Shown here in pieces: positions 38,481 to 53,033 of a stretch of 64,000 nt of DNA (position 1 is its first letter; every line of letters begins with the position of its first letter). The translations under genes and the position numbers were made by a program. The stretch lies in contig NC_043011.1 of the NCBI RefSeq assembly GCF_006345805.1, forward strand, positions 9,734,001-9,798,000, read 5' to 3'. Source of the stretch: Octopus sinensis. Taxonomy: Eukaryota. The notes below the pieces were generated by a model. That model was not told where the DNA came from, ran no database searches, and saw only the letters and a list, made by a program, of their open reading frames with translations.

Positions 38481-39394
38481 AATATATATATATATATATA
38501 TACACATCTATATAATCACAAAATAGTAAAAGGTATATATAAAAAAATATTTGGAAAGGTCAACTTCAATTATTGAATCAGAAATGAAAAAAAAAATCAA
38601 TATTTGGAAATGAAATTAGGATTCTTGTGTATTGGTAATAAAAGATGAGGGGTGGGGAGGGGGTATTTCCTGAATATTTCGGCTCGTTAGAATTGTAGTA
38701 GATATTGATTAGTTTACCTTAATCACAGAAGCAACTTTAGCGTTCCACACATTGACACAGAGAATGCTTGTTTACCATTGTTCTTTTAGGAAATGTGTCT
38801 GAAAAAAGCTATGTTTGGTAAGTGTGTGTGTGGGGGGGAGGTGAGTACTGGAAGAATGAAATGTATTCTTGAAATGCAGTTCAAAGCTACAAAATATAAC
38901 AACGGTCATATTGGAACTAATAATAATAATAATGATAATAATAGTAATAAATCAGTGAAATTTGAACTCATAATGTAAAAACGGGATGAAATGTCACTCT
39001 GCATCTTGCCCAGTGTGCTAACGATTCTGCCAGTTTGACGCCTTAGTAGAATCATAATAATAATAAAAATAATAATAATAATGATAATAATCATAATAAT
39101 GCTACTACTATAACTTGCAGTGTATGTAAGAGCCAATGCTGTCATGTTTGTGATTATATTCTTTCTTGACTAAAATAGGCAACCAAGGATGATTGGCTGA
39201 ACGGTTTCTTCCCCATCTCCACATTTTCGAATGTTATATAAAAATTTTGTTAGTTTCTGGTGTAGACACTTTCATTTTGTGCCACAGTCAGTTTTGAGTC
39301 TAGTGTTAGCCTGCAGCCAGTTTTGTCTATCTTGGTAATTTTTTTAACGGGTATTTAATAGCCCCATTTAATGGAGCATGTCATAGCCCCATAA

Positions 39395-40020
39395 ATCATC
39401 ATCATCATCATCATTTAACATCTGTTTTCTGTGCTGGCAGGTAAGCCAGAAGGCTGCACCAAGCTCCAGTTGTCTATTTTGGCTTGGTTTCAACAGCGGG
39501 ATGCCCTTCCTAACACCAACCACTTCACAGAGTGTAGTGAGTGTCTTTTCCATGCCACTTCTAAAGGTGCCTTTTAGGTGTCACTGGCACTGGTCACCAC
39601 GACCATGACTTCACTTAGCTTGACATGTCTTCAAGCACGGAAAATCCTCATAAGTCCTGGTCACTTGTCATCAGACTCAACAATTAGGCCATATTTCCTC
39701 GTCCTCTGTCTTCCTGGGTCTACCTCTTCCACAGGCTGTTCTCATCTATATATACATCATACGACCATACCAGTGCAGTCTTCTCTTTTGCAAACCATAT
39801 CTGATGCCTCTTAAACCCAGCTTTTCTTTTAAGACACTTACACTCTCTCTCCCTCATGTGCACACTGACATTGCACATCCAGGGCAGCATGTTGGATGCA
39901 TTTCTTTCAAGCCTTTGCACATCCTCTGCAGTCACAGCCCATGTTTCACTGCCATGTAGCATGGCTATTCACACACAGGCACCATACACTCTGCCTTTCA
40001 CTCTGAGGAAGAGACCCTTG
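39395..40020 (-). mobile_element. Degraded RTE LINE 3' part
   Basis: MLHGSETWAVTAEDVQRLERN; RTE tail and (CAT)n at the left end. Confidence 0.85.
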
Positions 40021-41059
40021 TACCAAAATATATTAGCCATCACACACCACTTCTGATTTGTTCAGTAACATCAGCCAATTCTGCAGAGACTTCAAAATGG
40101 TAAGGTTTTAAAGAACATTACACACACATACATCTCCCTCTTTCTTTCTCATACACACACACATGATGTGCATGTGTGTAATGGCCAGTTGTTCATTGTT
40201 TGTAGCTAGTTATGTAGTTCTTTCTGAAATACCATCCTAGGGGCTCAGCTGGCAGCAGCAATGAAGTTTTAGCTCTCTCTCCCTTAGAAATAACAGATAT
40301 ATGTCTATAGCTTGTTACATAATGGTTTGCAGACTCACAAAGACATTTTACAATTGTTTTCAAAACAAACAAAAAAACTTTATCAAACTCTTCATTTCTA
40401 ATGGCATAAACCATATTCCATTCTTTTATCATTAACTTTGAAAATTATCACTTTATCTAAAATGTCATTAATGCCAACCAATCAAGATGATTCCTAACTT
40501 GTTATTAGCTCAACTTCATATTTTAATTTTACACAAATATTCCTTCCTTTTTCCTTTCAATCTCTTCTTCATTTTTTCCTTCTTTTTCTTTTATTGTAAC
40601 TTCTTCTTTACCATCTCTTTTTTATTTCACTCTTCTTTTTCCTTCATTATTGTAACCCCACCCCCCGTTCTTATTCTTCATTTTCTCTTCTTTCGTTTCT
40701 TCCAGTCTTTCATTCCTCTCAATCTGATCATCTTCTACAGATCCAACTGATCAAAACTAACCAGAATCACAATGAATATTGATTCCATTTCTTTTGTTTT
40801 GGACACGTGATAGAATCTAAGAAAGATGAGGGAGAGAGAGAGAGAGAGTGGGGGTTGGAATTGGTTCTCTTACAAGTATTCAGGCACAAATTGGTGAAGG
40901 AGAGAAGATATTTTATATGAGAAACTATTTAGAAATAAATAAGCAACGATTTGAGGGAGAAACATGGTGTCTGGGACGAGAGGATGGAGAATGGAACAGA
41001 AAGGCGAAGAACAGAGTGACTGCATCAAGCTTGTTAGCAAACAAAACAACAACAAGAGA

Positions 41060-41115
<56 letters not shown>

Positions 41116-41257
41116 TCTGAAACAAAAGAAAATCAAAAGATAATGGCAAGGAGGCTTTTTGGTGTAGATAAGGGAATGTTTAAGAACAGAGATGATTGTT
41201 GATGTTAAGAGGATATTGAAAAATAGATAAAAGTTATATGAAAGGAAACTGTTGGAG

Positions 41258-41299
<42 letters not shown>

Positions 41300-41562
41300 T
41301 TAACGATGATGGGAAGACAAGAAAAGATGGAGCTTAATGAGAAATTGCTGTCTATCACATTCTTTCTTTTTCTGCCGGAATATCTTCAAAGTATTTCAAA
41401 ATCTATTTCCTTAGATTTGCTTCTACAGCTGAGATGGTGGGACTCGCTCAAGGTCTTTCAAAGGTCTTGTGTTTACTGCAAGGAGGAAGAGTGCTTCTAT
41501 CGAAATTATCTTCTCTTCCATACAATAACATGTAACAACACAAGAACTTGAATGTAGATATG

Positions 41563-41617
<55 letters not shown>

Positions 41618-41889
41618 TCATGTGATTTAATGCTATGAAGACATTGCTGAAATGAATGTGATTTTCTAACTCCTGTATTAGAGAGAGAGAGACAGAGAGA
41701 GAGAGAGTGGTGGAAGAGACATACAGAAAACAGTGTGACCTTAAGCAAGGTTCTTAGATGTACTAGGTCAGCAACCAATATATCACAACATAACTAACAA
41801 AAGTATCTTTAACATCATATTGAAATATCAAGACAGGTGTTCTGAAAATTAAAGAAAATCATCACTTTTTCACCTGTCTTGGGATATAA

Positions 41890-41922
<33 letters not shown>

Positions 41923-43114
41923 TGTGGAGAGAGAGAGAGAGAGAGAGGAGTGGAATAGTTCTTTTAGACATGCAGTATTGAAAAACCCAGCAGTGTTGTG
42001 GTGTTATCAATTTTTTTCTATTTTTGTTTTGAGTTCCTTTCTTTAGAGGAATCCAGGCAAACAAACTCCAAGGAACTCATAGGAAAGTATAGGGTGGTGG
42101 TGGGAGAGAACACAAATAATAAAAAAAAGAAATCAATACCTTCTGGAAGAAAATATTTGCCAGAGGGGTAAACAGAAACTTAATGAAGATTAATAATAAG
42201 GAGGGTGAAGAATAACGAGAAGGCTTGTGAGGTTTCCATGTTGGCTGTTGCAGAATAAATGGAAGAAGAAGAAAATGATGGTGGCAAGTATTGTATCAAG
42301 AATTGGTCTTAATAAGCAGCCTGAAAGATCAATAATTTTTCCTCGTTTACCCTAATTAGAACGAGCAATACTTAATTGTTTGTTTTATTATTATATTAAC
42401 AATTCATTTAATAAGAAGGTAATTTAGCATGTATCAATGAAAGTATATGTGTGGATGTAAGTGTATGTCTAGGTATATGTGTGGACATATGTATGTGTGT
42501 GTGTGTGTGTGTATATAAATAGAAGTCTATCTGTATGTATGAATGTAAACAAAGACATATGTAGGTGTGTGCATCGTTGCATGCCTGCATTTTCTGCATG
42601 AGAAAACACTTCCTTTTATGCACATCATTAAACCATACTGTTTTTACCTTTGTACACACACACACACACACACGCACACACATAGATATTCATGCAGACA
42701 CAACAGTCGGGTGTGGTTAGGAAGTTTGTTTCCCAACAATGAAGTCTAAGGTTCTGTCTCACTGTGTTGTGCCTTGAACAAGTGACTTCTATAACCCTTG
42801 GCTAACCAAAGCCTTGTGAATGGATTTTGTAGATGGAAACTGAAAGATGCCTGACCTAAATACATAAATATATAAGTATATATAAATACACACACACACA
42901 TATTAATCCTCATTATCATCATTGTCCTCAAAATCACATATATTTTCCATGGTGCCATGGGTAAAACAGTTCAACAGGCTTTACACAGTTCAGAGGGCTG
43001 TGTCCTAATGTCTCATTTTTGAGATGATTTTCTCGACTGGGTGCCCTTCATAATACCAACTACTTTACATTGTAATATATTTCATATGAAGTAGAAACAC
43101 TAGAACAAAGATTA

Positions 43115-44667
43115 CACTGGGCAACTTGGTTATTGCTGTCTGGCATCAGAGACATGTTGCCTAGTACTTTTGGGATGATGGTTCCAAAAATGGAATTATT
43201 TTGCTCGATCACATCAAGATTTCCCACAAACTCAAATGTCCATTTTTCAACATTTATGGTATTGTCAGAATTTCTAAGAATAGATTTAGACACATCAAAT
43301 ACAAACCCATGTATGGAAACAGTTTTTCAATATTGTTTAAAATGATTGAAAACAAAAGTCATGATTTAAGAATCTCCAGTAAATAAAAAGCATCAAGCAA
43401 TTTTATTCATCTAGTTGTTAATAAACAACAAATTTCTATGTTCCTTGACATCATACTTGTTTCATAATATTGGAATTTGTCTGCAGATAAACCCATGCTG
43501 TGATTTAGTGTCACTATCATTGCAAACCAGGTGAGACGTGTTATGTTGAACCTTTAATTATTTCTTATGAAAATTAGTATTCTGAATGCACCGTTAATGT
43601 TTTAATTGTGAGGTCACATGGCTCAAGATCACTTTTTGTCAAAAATGGTCAAAGAACCATAGCAAGAACTTCATGGTGTGTATGCTCTTTAAGGAAATAC
43701 AGTATCACAAATCGACATTTGCTTACTTCTGGAAATGCTTCTCCCAGGTGACAACTGGCTTGAATGCACCCTATATTTCAGAAATTTGGCCGGTTGTGTG
43801 AGAAAATGCCAAAACAGCCCTGATGTCTTCTGCTATATTTGCAGATGTTACACTTTACCATGACAACAAAACGAAATCACAGATTTTGCAAAGAAAGCTT
43901 AGCATGAAACTGGGTGATGAAGACAAAGCCTAGTCTATCCATAGAGAATGTAAGACATGTGTTAAAACACTGAGACAATTAAGTTTCGCTGTGTTTGATG
44001 GACCACAGATTAAGTGTCTGTTGCAGGATGAGCAGTTTTTGGAGACCATGTTTGATGGTGAAAAAGAAGCATGGAATGCATTGTTGCAGTTGTGTCTGAT
44101 TTCCTCAGAAACAGGAAATCATCAAATTATGAAGAACTTTTGCAGACCCTGTCAACTAGGTTTTAAGCATGGAATGCAACATGTGTGTAAAAATGCAATT
44201 CCTGCACAATAATCTGAACTGGTTCCCTGAAAATTATCGTGCAATAAGTGATGAGCGAGGTGAAAGATTCCATTAAGATATCAAGACCATGGCGACTAGG
44301 TATCAAGCCAGGTGGGACACAAAATCTGATGGCTGACCACTGCTAGTCTCTACAAAGAGACAGTCAAGGTGCAAGTTATTTGCATAAAGCAACAAAGAGC
44401 AAGTTCACTCCTTGGGGAGCTGAAACTCCAGTTTGACAAAAATATCCATCCTAAGATAGGTTTGTGTTTGTTTCTTGTTTCAGTATTGCATTTAATGGCA
44501 AAACATTAACATTTTTTAGCTAAAAAATGAATTCCTGTTTAAACAAAATACTTGATGCTAAAGAAGAAAACATCTGAGGGGATTTCTTTATCCAGCATCA
44601 TCGAATTAGGTCAGACTAATCGTAAAAAGCAAGACAACTAAGAATTGTTCGAAAATGTTTCCCAGTG
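43115..44667 (+). mobile_element. Chapaev3-like (CMC) DNA transposon, internally deleted and decayed
   Basis: TTA|CACTGGGCAAC...GTTTCCCAGTG|TTA (short terminal inverted repeats, 3-bp TWA duplication). Transposase relics CQNSPDVFCYIC, KLGDEDK, VFDGPQI, FPENYRAISDERGERFH*DI. Confidence 0.85.
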
Positions 44668-45206
44668 TTATCAATGAAATAATAAAAGCAGCTGACGAGA
44701 CTTATTACTTTGGGACAAACTCTACAACTCTACAATCTTCAGAGATGAAGTTGAAGAAAAAGGAACTTGAGGTGAAAGAAGAAAACCGAGCGGAGTTTTG
44801 AAACCAGGATGTCAGTTTTAGTCTAAATTAAGTGAAAAAGCCAACTCAACAGAAATTATGTTCGAAATTGTTGCCCAGTTGTTGATAAGAAATGAGGAGG
44901 AAATGATGAGGAAGAGGTAACTCCATAATGAAAGCTAATTATCAATAGAACTGATTGCTCACTAATTAATCTGGAAACTCTGTGTATTTCGACCTTCTCC
45001 CACAAATTAATGTTTATATAAATAATTAAGGCAGAGACATGAAAGGTTTTTCTGGCAATGTGGTCAGTGTGCCAGTTGACCATCAGACCACCACTGATAG
45101 CAGATTACTAAGTCAGTGATGAGTTGTTCTGTGTTATCAAGCTGCTTGTGTGTGAATGGGATTTAACCTGGATGTGTGTTTATGTCAGAGCATGTGTGTG
45201 TATGTG

Positions 45207-45505
45207 TGGAGGCACATGGCCTAATGGTTAGGCTGTTGCACTCATGATCACAAGACCATGAGTTTGATTCTTGGACCAAGCAGCACATTGTGTTCTTGAG
45301 CAAAATACTTCATTTCAAATTGCCCCAGTCCACTCAGCTGTAAAAGAGTAATCCTAGGACAGACTAGCCTTCCAAACAGCGGAGGGATGTTGGTCAGCTC
45401 ACCTAACCAGCAGAAGGCAATCATTTCAAAGCTAAAAACAATGTAAAGCGTACTGTGACCAGCGATGTATAACAACATCCATTAGTTTGGTTGATCATGT
45501 GATCA
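45207..45505 (+). mobile_element. tRNA-derived SINE
   Basis: TGGAGGCACATGGCCTAATGGTTAGG head; tail shared with 24953-25251. Confidence 0.8.
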
Positions 45506-46240
45506 CACACACACACACACACATCTGCATATACAACAGGCTTCTTTCAGATTCTGTCAGCCAAATCCACTCACAAGGTTTTGGTCAACCTAAGGCTATA
45601 ATAGAAGACACTTGACCAAGGTGCCCTGCAGTGGGATTGAACTGGAACCTTAAGGTTAGGAAGCAAGCTTTTTACCACATAGTCACACACGCACAGAGAA
45701 AAAAACAAGATCCAAAGAAATGAGTGTTTATCTTGGCCAGCAAAAGAAAAGAAATGTATTCCTTGGTGAAATTTCAAGTTTGTATGTGAATGGAAGAGGA
45801 GATGATGTTTTGGAGTGAGACCTTCTTTGGACAACAGAACAATATTTACTCAATGTGAACTCTGTTAATTCATGAAATCTTGAAAACAATGCCAGAAACT
45901 AGCAACAAAGGAACCCTCCTCTCTCCTCAAGGAAACTCTTTATCCAAAACATTGCAAGTTTCCAATGACATACAAACTTGATATCATTCGACAAAAAGAT
46001 TTGTGGTATTTATTCTGAATTCAAACCACGTTTTATCTTTCATCACAGCAGGGGGAATAAAATAATGTACCAGTCATATAGTGGGGCTCTTCTCCCCCCA
46101 AATTTCTGACTTCAAGCCTATGTCAAACACTACTTTTACTACCACTATCATCATCATCATCATCATCATAATTATTATTATTATCTCTATAATTATTATC
46201 ACTATAATTATTATTGTTGTTGTTACATAAATATACACAC

Positions 46241-46277
<37 letters not shown>

Positions 46278-46495
46278 TGTGGGTAATAAATGAAATAGGA
46301 TTACTTTGTTTAAAATGAAGATTATGTTGGGATTATTGAGTATAAAGTAGAACGAGATGATGAAGAGGCAAGTCGAAGACGATTGCTATTTACAGCTGGC
46401 ATCAATAGGTTTAACAAATTAGATTAACTTGATAAGAAACTGTATGGGAGTCGTTAGGCCAAGATTTATGATAAAGTGGACAACAACACATAATG

Positions 46496-46562
<67 letters not shown>

Positions 46563-46759
46563 TGATGCCAACTGGAAATGAGGTCAATAAATAAATAAAT
46601 CACTGAATAATTAATTAATTCGTACTTGGAACGTAAGTTGCATTATAACAATACTTCTGGAATGTAACCACTTTTATTATACACACACAGACATGCACAC
46701 ATGTGCATGTGTGTGTGTGTGCCTTTATGATGTACGGCCTTTGTGTGTATGTATGTAGG

Positions 46760-46847
<88 letters not shown>

Positions 46848-46920
46848 CAGATTGATAGATAGATAGATAGATAGATAGACAGACAAACTGATAGATAGAT
46901 AGATAGATAGAAAGATAGAT

Positions 46921-46950
<30 letters not shown>

Positions 46951-46952
<2 letters not shown>

Positions 46953-47403
46953 GTCTCTTTATTAGCCACACAGGGCAGCACACAGATGGGACAAATTACA
47001 AGGTAGAGCATTTCTTTTAAGGAATGAAAAAAAAAAAAGTGGCGTAGGTTTTTGATCAAAAAGAAAAAAGGAGAAGAAATAAAAGAAAAGAAAAATAAAT
47101 AAAGAAGAAAAAAAGAGGAAGAAAGGGGGAAGAGGAAAAAAAACGATCAATAGGGATGGTGTATCACAATGTCATGATGTACGGTGAAAAGGGGGAAGCA
47201 AATAAGGTTTATCCGTGGGAAGAAAAGCCTACGAAAAAGACTACGGTAACCTCGGTCAATATTGTTATATGTTACCACATTTGTTTGCAATTATAACAAT
47301 ACTTCTGGAATGTAACCACTTTTATTATACACACACAGACATGCACACATGTGCATGTGTGTGTGCCTTTATGATGTACGGCCTTTGTGTGTATGTATGT
47401 AGG

Positions 47404-47473
<70 letters not shown>

Positions 47474-48232
47474 TAGATAGATATAGAGAGATCTGTTTTC
47501 AATTTCTGGGTTCATAGAATTATGCTCAAGGTGGCTTCGTCATTCATACGTGCCATCCTTGCTACATTCACCCATCTTTATTTTAAAACATTTGCTTGAC
47601 AAAACTTGCCCCTCTACTCTCACTTTCCTTTTCAAGTGATACTTGAAGAAGTTGATGAGAGATTGACCAGAGAGGAAAGTGTTTGTCTCCAATCCTTTCA
47701 GACGCGTCCACCAGATACATTCTTTCGCCATAGCCTCAAGGATGATGAAAATAGCTCTTCCTTCCCGTTCGAAGGAAGGAGACATGACAATATTGACGAT
47801 AGACTCGGCTGATAACTGACTCATACCACATGTGACAGCAGTTGTTCGACGTAAGCCCACAGGTCGGACACTGCACGAGTGCGTGTAGAACGGTTTTGGC
47901 GCTCTGACCGCATCTCAGGCAGGTCGGCCCCGTGTATCTCGAGCCGTGTCTGTAGAGCTTATCCCGAACGGGTAGCGCTTCTCGGTAGCACTGCCAGGCC
48001 AGGGATCTCTGGAAGTTGTCCATAGGCCCTGACCCAAAAGTCATCCCGAACAGGTGGGTCAGGTATTCCTCGTCGACGTCCAGGTTCGCCCCGAGCTTGT
48101 CGTCGTACCTCCCCTCCACTAATCCCCTACAGAATGCTTTGGTTGTGATGGAGTCACTCAAAGCAGAGTTGCTCGAGAGCAACGCGACACTCGCGGTGCC
48201 ATTCGCCCTTCCTCGGCCTCTTTTTGATCCAT
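46951..48232 (-). mobile_element. Tx1/L1-like non-LTR retrotransposon 3' part within (GATA)n, interrupted at ~47272-47495
   Basis: zf-RVT-like LAWQCYREALPVRDKL..CLRCGQSAKTVLHALVQCP; minus-strand 3' UTR ends AATAAAGAGACT then (TATC)n. Confidence 0.78.
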
Positions 48233-48278
<46 letters not shown>

Positions 48279-48450
48279 AAGAGAGAGATATAGGTTCTGG
48301 CATGGCTGTAGTTAAGCAGTTTGCTTTGCAACAAATTGAGATCAGATCCATGATGAAGCATTATGGTTAAGTGTCTTTTATAGGCCCAGGCTGTCCAAAG
48401 CCTTGAGTGTGAATTTGGCAGACAGAAAATGAAAAGAAGCACAAATATAT

Positions 48451-48481
<31 letters not shown>

Positions 48482-49799
48482 CATGCGTGTGTGTGTGTGT
48501 GCGCGCGTGTGTGCGTGTGTGTGTGTGTGCGTGTGTGTGTGTTCATCCATGTTGATTGTCAATAAACATGACTGACATACAGATGTTGCTATTTGTTTGT
48601 AATCTTTCCTAAAACTATGTCCAGACGAGGGTCCAATATCATTTTGCTTAGGAAAAGTTGAGGGTTGACAACAGGAAGAGTAACCAGACGTAGAAAATTG
48701 GTTTCAATGAATTTCGTCTGACAAATGTGAATGGGAAAAAGTTGAGGTTAAAATGATCACACACACACACACACGTGGACTAGGTGGAAGCTAATCCTTA
48801 TTTAAAATTCCATTTTAATGCTTAAGAATATATAATAATTACGTGTGTGTAATCCAGATTTTTAAGAAACAATACAAAAAAAATGGCATGTTATGTTGTA
48901 AAAAATGGTTGATGACAAGAAGGGTATTTCGCTGTGAAACACTGCCTCAGAAAAAAGACCTTCCAATCTATACGAGCATTGAAAATTGGAGGTAAAAGGA
49001 TGATAAGCTGTCTTCTTTGTGGGTGTCTGAGCTCAGTAAACCAGGTATAAAAGTGTTGTTGCTATTCTTTGGCAGAACAGAAATAGCAGTTATATTACAG
49101 CATTATAAGACTCTCAAATTATGTTCTGTGCTTTTAAAGTGGAGGAGACAGCTCCTTTACAACTAATGGTTTGCACCTTTGGCATCAGGCCACAAATTTT
49201 AGGGTAGTGTGTCATGGACGGATTTAACCTAGTTATTACTCTAAAGTATTTCTTACTTTATTGATTAAAAGTATAAAACCAACTTGTCAGGAATTTCATT
49301 TCAGAAAGGAAAAGATCTAAAATTGAAGACAATAACACGAAATAATCTGGTGTGCTACCATTTCTCTGAGACAATAATAATGATTTCTGTGTTTGGAACA
49401 AGGCCACAATTGAAGATGAAAGACGTAGTCAATGTCTAGATCAGAGACGTTTGTTATAATATTTCTATCAACCCTGGTGTGTAGTTGAACTCATTGTGAT
49501 TTGAACAGGTAACACTAGGAGACAACATTCAATACCATTAGACATTTGGCACCTGTACATCTAACAAATCAACATCTGGGTTTGATCAGAGATATTTCAT
49601 TTCCTGTTAGCAGTCTTGGGAAATCTTGGGAAAAATATCATGGTTGCTGTTCTACCACACTTAACACAATAACAACAATAAAAGATTACACACACACACA
49701 CACAGAGGGAGAGTGAAAGAGAAAAAAAATAGCTACATACATATAGATAATTCTCTCTCAGATGTTAACTTGCATTATCTTTTATAAAGATATACATAC

Positions 49800-49913
<114 letters not shown>

Positions 49914-50223
49914 TACACACACGTTTCACTTAGGCATTGCAATCCTAATAACTTAGTGTAGAACTCAATACCTACATATGCTTCTGAATGAAGTGTTAGA
50001 TGAGTATAGAGGAGAAATAAGAAATTGAGATGACAAACGAGTAAATAATCATCTTATGAACTTCATAAGCTTACAGCTGTTTCGGCTATAGGACATATAT
50101 GCTCCTCCACCCATAGCTATATTGCACCTATCCACACACAACATATCCCCTCATATAATTAGTATATGGAGACATGGGAATTTGCATACAGTAAGTTACA
50201 GTTTCAATATCATAGTATAGAGT

Positions 50224-50563
50224 TCTGAGACCCCCTTCAGTCATGACACAGACCATGGGATTGCACCAAGAAAGTTATCCTCCCAGGCACAAGTCCGGGC
50301 AAGGTTGTTTATGGAAGACCAGCAGTCGCCCATGCATACTGGCCTACCCTCTCCATGCCACCAGTGTTATCCAAGGGAAAGGCAAAGGTTGATAGAGCTT
50401 GGCACTTGTGATGTCACAACTCATTTCTACAGCTGAGTGAACTGGAGCAAAATGAAATAAAGTGTCTTGCTCAAGAACACAACATGCAGCCCGGTCCAGG
50501 ATTCGAACTCACAACCTCACGATCGTAAGCTCGATGCTCTAACCACTGAGCCATGTGCCTTCA
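50224..50563 (-). mobile_element. Full-length tRNA-Arg-like SINE with 13-bp target-site duplication
   Basis: CATAGTATAGAGT at 50211-50223 and 50564-50576; head TGGCTCAGTGGTTAGAGC..TTACGAT..GAGTTCGAATCC. Confidence 0.92.
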
Positions 50564-51393
50564 CATAGTATAGAGTGGGCTCAAACAATAAGGACATGGT
50601 CCATATCTACACATTCATTGGCCAATCAATCATATATTATATTTTTTAAAAATTAAAATTTTGTATATATCTTCAGTCTTTCAGAGCTTCCATTAACAAC
50701 CTGTTCATCGTTCACTCTTGGAGTGGTTGGCGTTAGGAAGAGCACCCAGCTGTAGAAACCTTGCCAAATCAAATTGGAGCCTGGTGCAACATTGTGGCTT
50801 GCCAGTCCTTAGTTAAATCATCCATCCCATGCCAGCATGGAAAGCAGACATTAAATGACAATGATGATGATATATATATATATATATATATATACAAATG
50901 CACACACACACACACATTTATGTAAGTCTCTGCTGTATGTATATACACCCAATATTATGCAGTATGGTTGGTAGTGGTCAGACTCAGTGTCTCTGTTTTT
51001 CAAAACTGTGAGTCCAAATCTCAATTGGACCTAATTTTGTTAATTCCCCTCAAAAGACTGATGTAGAGCAACAAGAAGTAACCTAGCAAGAACAGAGTAA
51101 TTAAGAAGGAATTTCAATTGTGGAGCCACAATGTATGTATAAAACTGCAAAATGGTTTGACAACTTGATGCAGTTTATAGAGCAGGAAGACTTATGTTAA
51201 TCCTATACTTTAGATGGGATTTATATAATAAATCTTGCTTAACCATAATATATATCTTGTCATTTTGTTGTTTGTTTTATCTTTCGTACTTTCTCAGCTA
51301 AACCAGTAAAAAGTATTTCAGGTTTATGAAGCATTTTTTCACACACACACATGAGAGAAAAAGTCTTGATATATGTGTGTGTGTATGCATATA

Positions 51394-51438
<45 letters not shown>

Positions 51439-51577
51439 CTTAGGGTAGCAAAAAAAAATTATGGAAAATTTCTTTGCTACCAGTGGTCTAGCGAGAAGGA
51501 AAAAAATTAGTCAATTATTCATAGAAAAATACAGATGTCCTATTATGGTCATCTTTTATGTGTTTAAATGTACACTG

Positions 51578-51613
<36 letters not shown>

Positions 51614-51658
51614 AATATATCTATATAGACACACACATATATATTTATAAATGTATAT

Positions 51659-52175
51659 ATGAGGTGCATTCCAGATTGGATTCTTGTAATTTTAGTACAA
51701 CATTACTATACATCCAATAAGCTGACCTTCCACCTCTTGTTATTGCAGCACTTTGGACACACTCTACTAAACACTGTCACGGCTGACTAGTTTACAGAAT
51801 GCAGGTGGGATGTGAAGACAATTTGGAAGCTCACTCTGCAATAAAGCTTTGTGTTAAACTGGATACAAAATGTTAGAGAAACTTATGAAATGCTCCAGTC
51901 TGGTCATGGATTGTATGAGCTGAGCAACAAAAGAGGCAAGTTCACTGGAAAGATCATGGTGACCAATATTTTGAACATGACAGGCATCATCTTCATCCAC
52001 TGGACTCCCTCTAGCTAGACGGTCAACAAAGAGTTCTTTGTGACAGTTTTGAGGGAGTTCAGAAAGAGATTTCATCTCAAAGGGCCAGAGAGATCTTTTT
52101 CTCACATCAGTGGCACCTGCACCAGGACAATCCACAAGTCCGTCCTGAGAATGTCTGAAAACTTCTGGAATGCAC
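51659..52175 (+). mobile_element. Mariner (Tc1/mariner) transposase relic
   Basis: AIKLCVKL..ETYEMLQ (N-terminal HTH) and GIIFIHWTPSS*TVNKEFFVTVLREFRKRF..QWHLHQDN (catalytic region). Confidence 0.8.
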
Positions 52176-52194
52176 TCAGCACACACACATACAT

Positions 52195-52281
52195 GTCCCA
52201 CTGCATGGCACCTTGGGCAAGAGTCTTCTACTAAAGCCTTGTGAGTGGATTTGGTAGACAGAAACTGAAAGAAGCCCATTG

Positions 52282-52314
<33 letters not shown>

Positions 52315-52565
52315 CTGTATTTATGTATGTATGTATGTATGTATGTATGTGTGAGTATATGTTTGTGAGTCTATGTTTGTCTCCCCAGCATTGCTTGAAA
52401 ACTGATGCTGGTGTATTTACATCCCCATAACTTAGTGGTTCAGCAAAAGAAACCAATAGAATAAGTACTAGGCTTACAAAGAATAAGTCCTGGGGTTCAT
52501 TTGTTCTAACAAAGGCAGTGCTTCAGTATGGCCACCGTCAAATGACTGAAACAAATAAAAGAATA
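52195..52565 (+). mobile_element. 5'-truncated CORE-like SINE
   Basis: Colinear with 35865-36200. Confidence 0.85.
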
Positions 52566-52589
52566 TATAAAATGAAACTAAATATTTCC

Positions 52590-52830
52590 TTTACCGAGCC
52601 AGGGCTCATAAGGGGCCGGTTTCCAGGTTTCAGTGGCGTATATTTTCCCCACGCAGATGGGATGCCGATCTGTCGCAGGATTACTCATTTATTGCCAGCT
52701 GAGTGGACTGGCACAACATGAAATGAAGTGTTTTGCTCAAGGACACAAAGCATCACCCAGTCCAGGAATTGAATCCACAATCTTGCGATCATGAGTCCAA
52801 CACCCTAACCACCAACCCACATGTCTCCAC
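52590..52830 (-). mobile_element. tRNA-derived SINE
   Basis: Head and CAGCTGAGTGGACTGG..TTGCTCAAGGACAC body shared with 50224-50563; different tail. Confidence 0.78.
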
Positions 52831-52999
52831 CCATGTTACAGTACAGTTACATGCATGACTGCAGCTGAAGGAGTTGAAGCCTCCTGTAAATTATCATTAT
52901 TCAGTCACAGCAATGGCGAAACATATGTAGAAAATAAATATTTATACTGGGGTGTTCATCTTCAGTTCCTCTCCTATATATATTGTGTACGTGTGTTTG

Positions 53000-53033
<34 letters not shown>

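Noticed and set aside
50490-50563. tRNA-Arg gene
   Set aside because: It is the head of a SINE bounded by a 13-bp target duplication; the acceptor stem is not intact.
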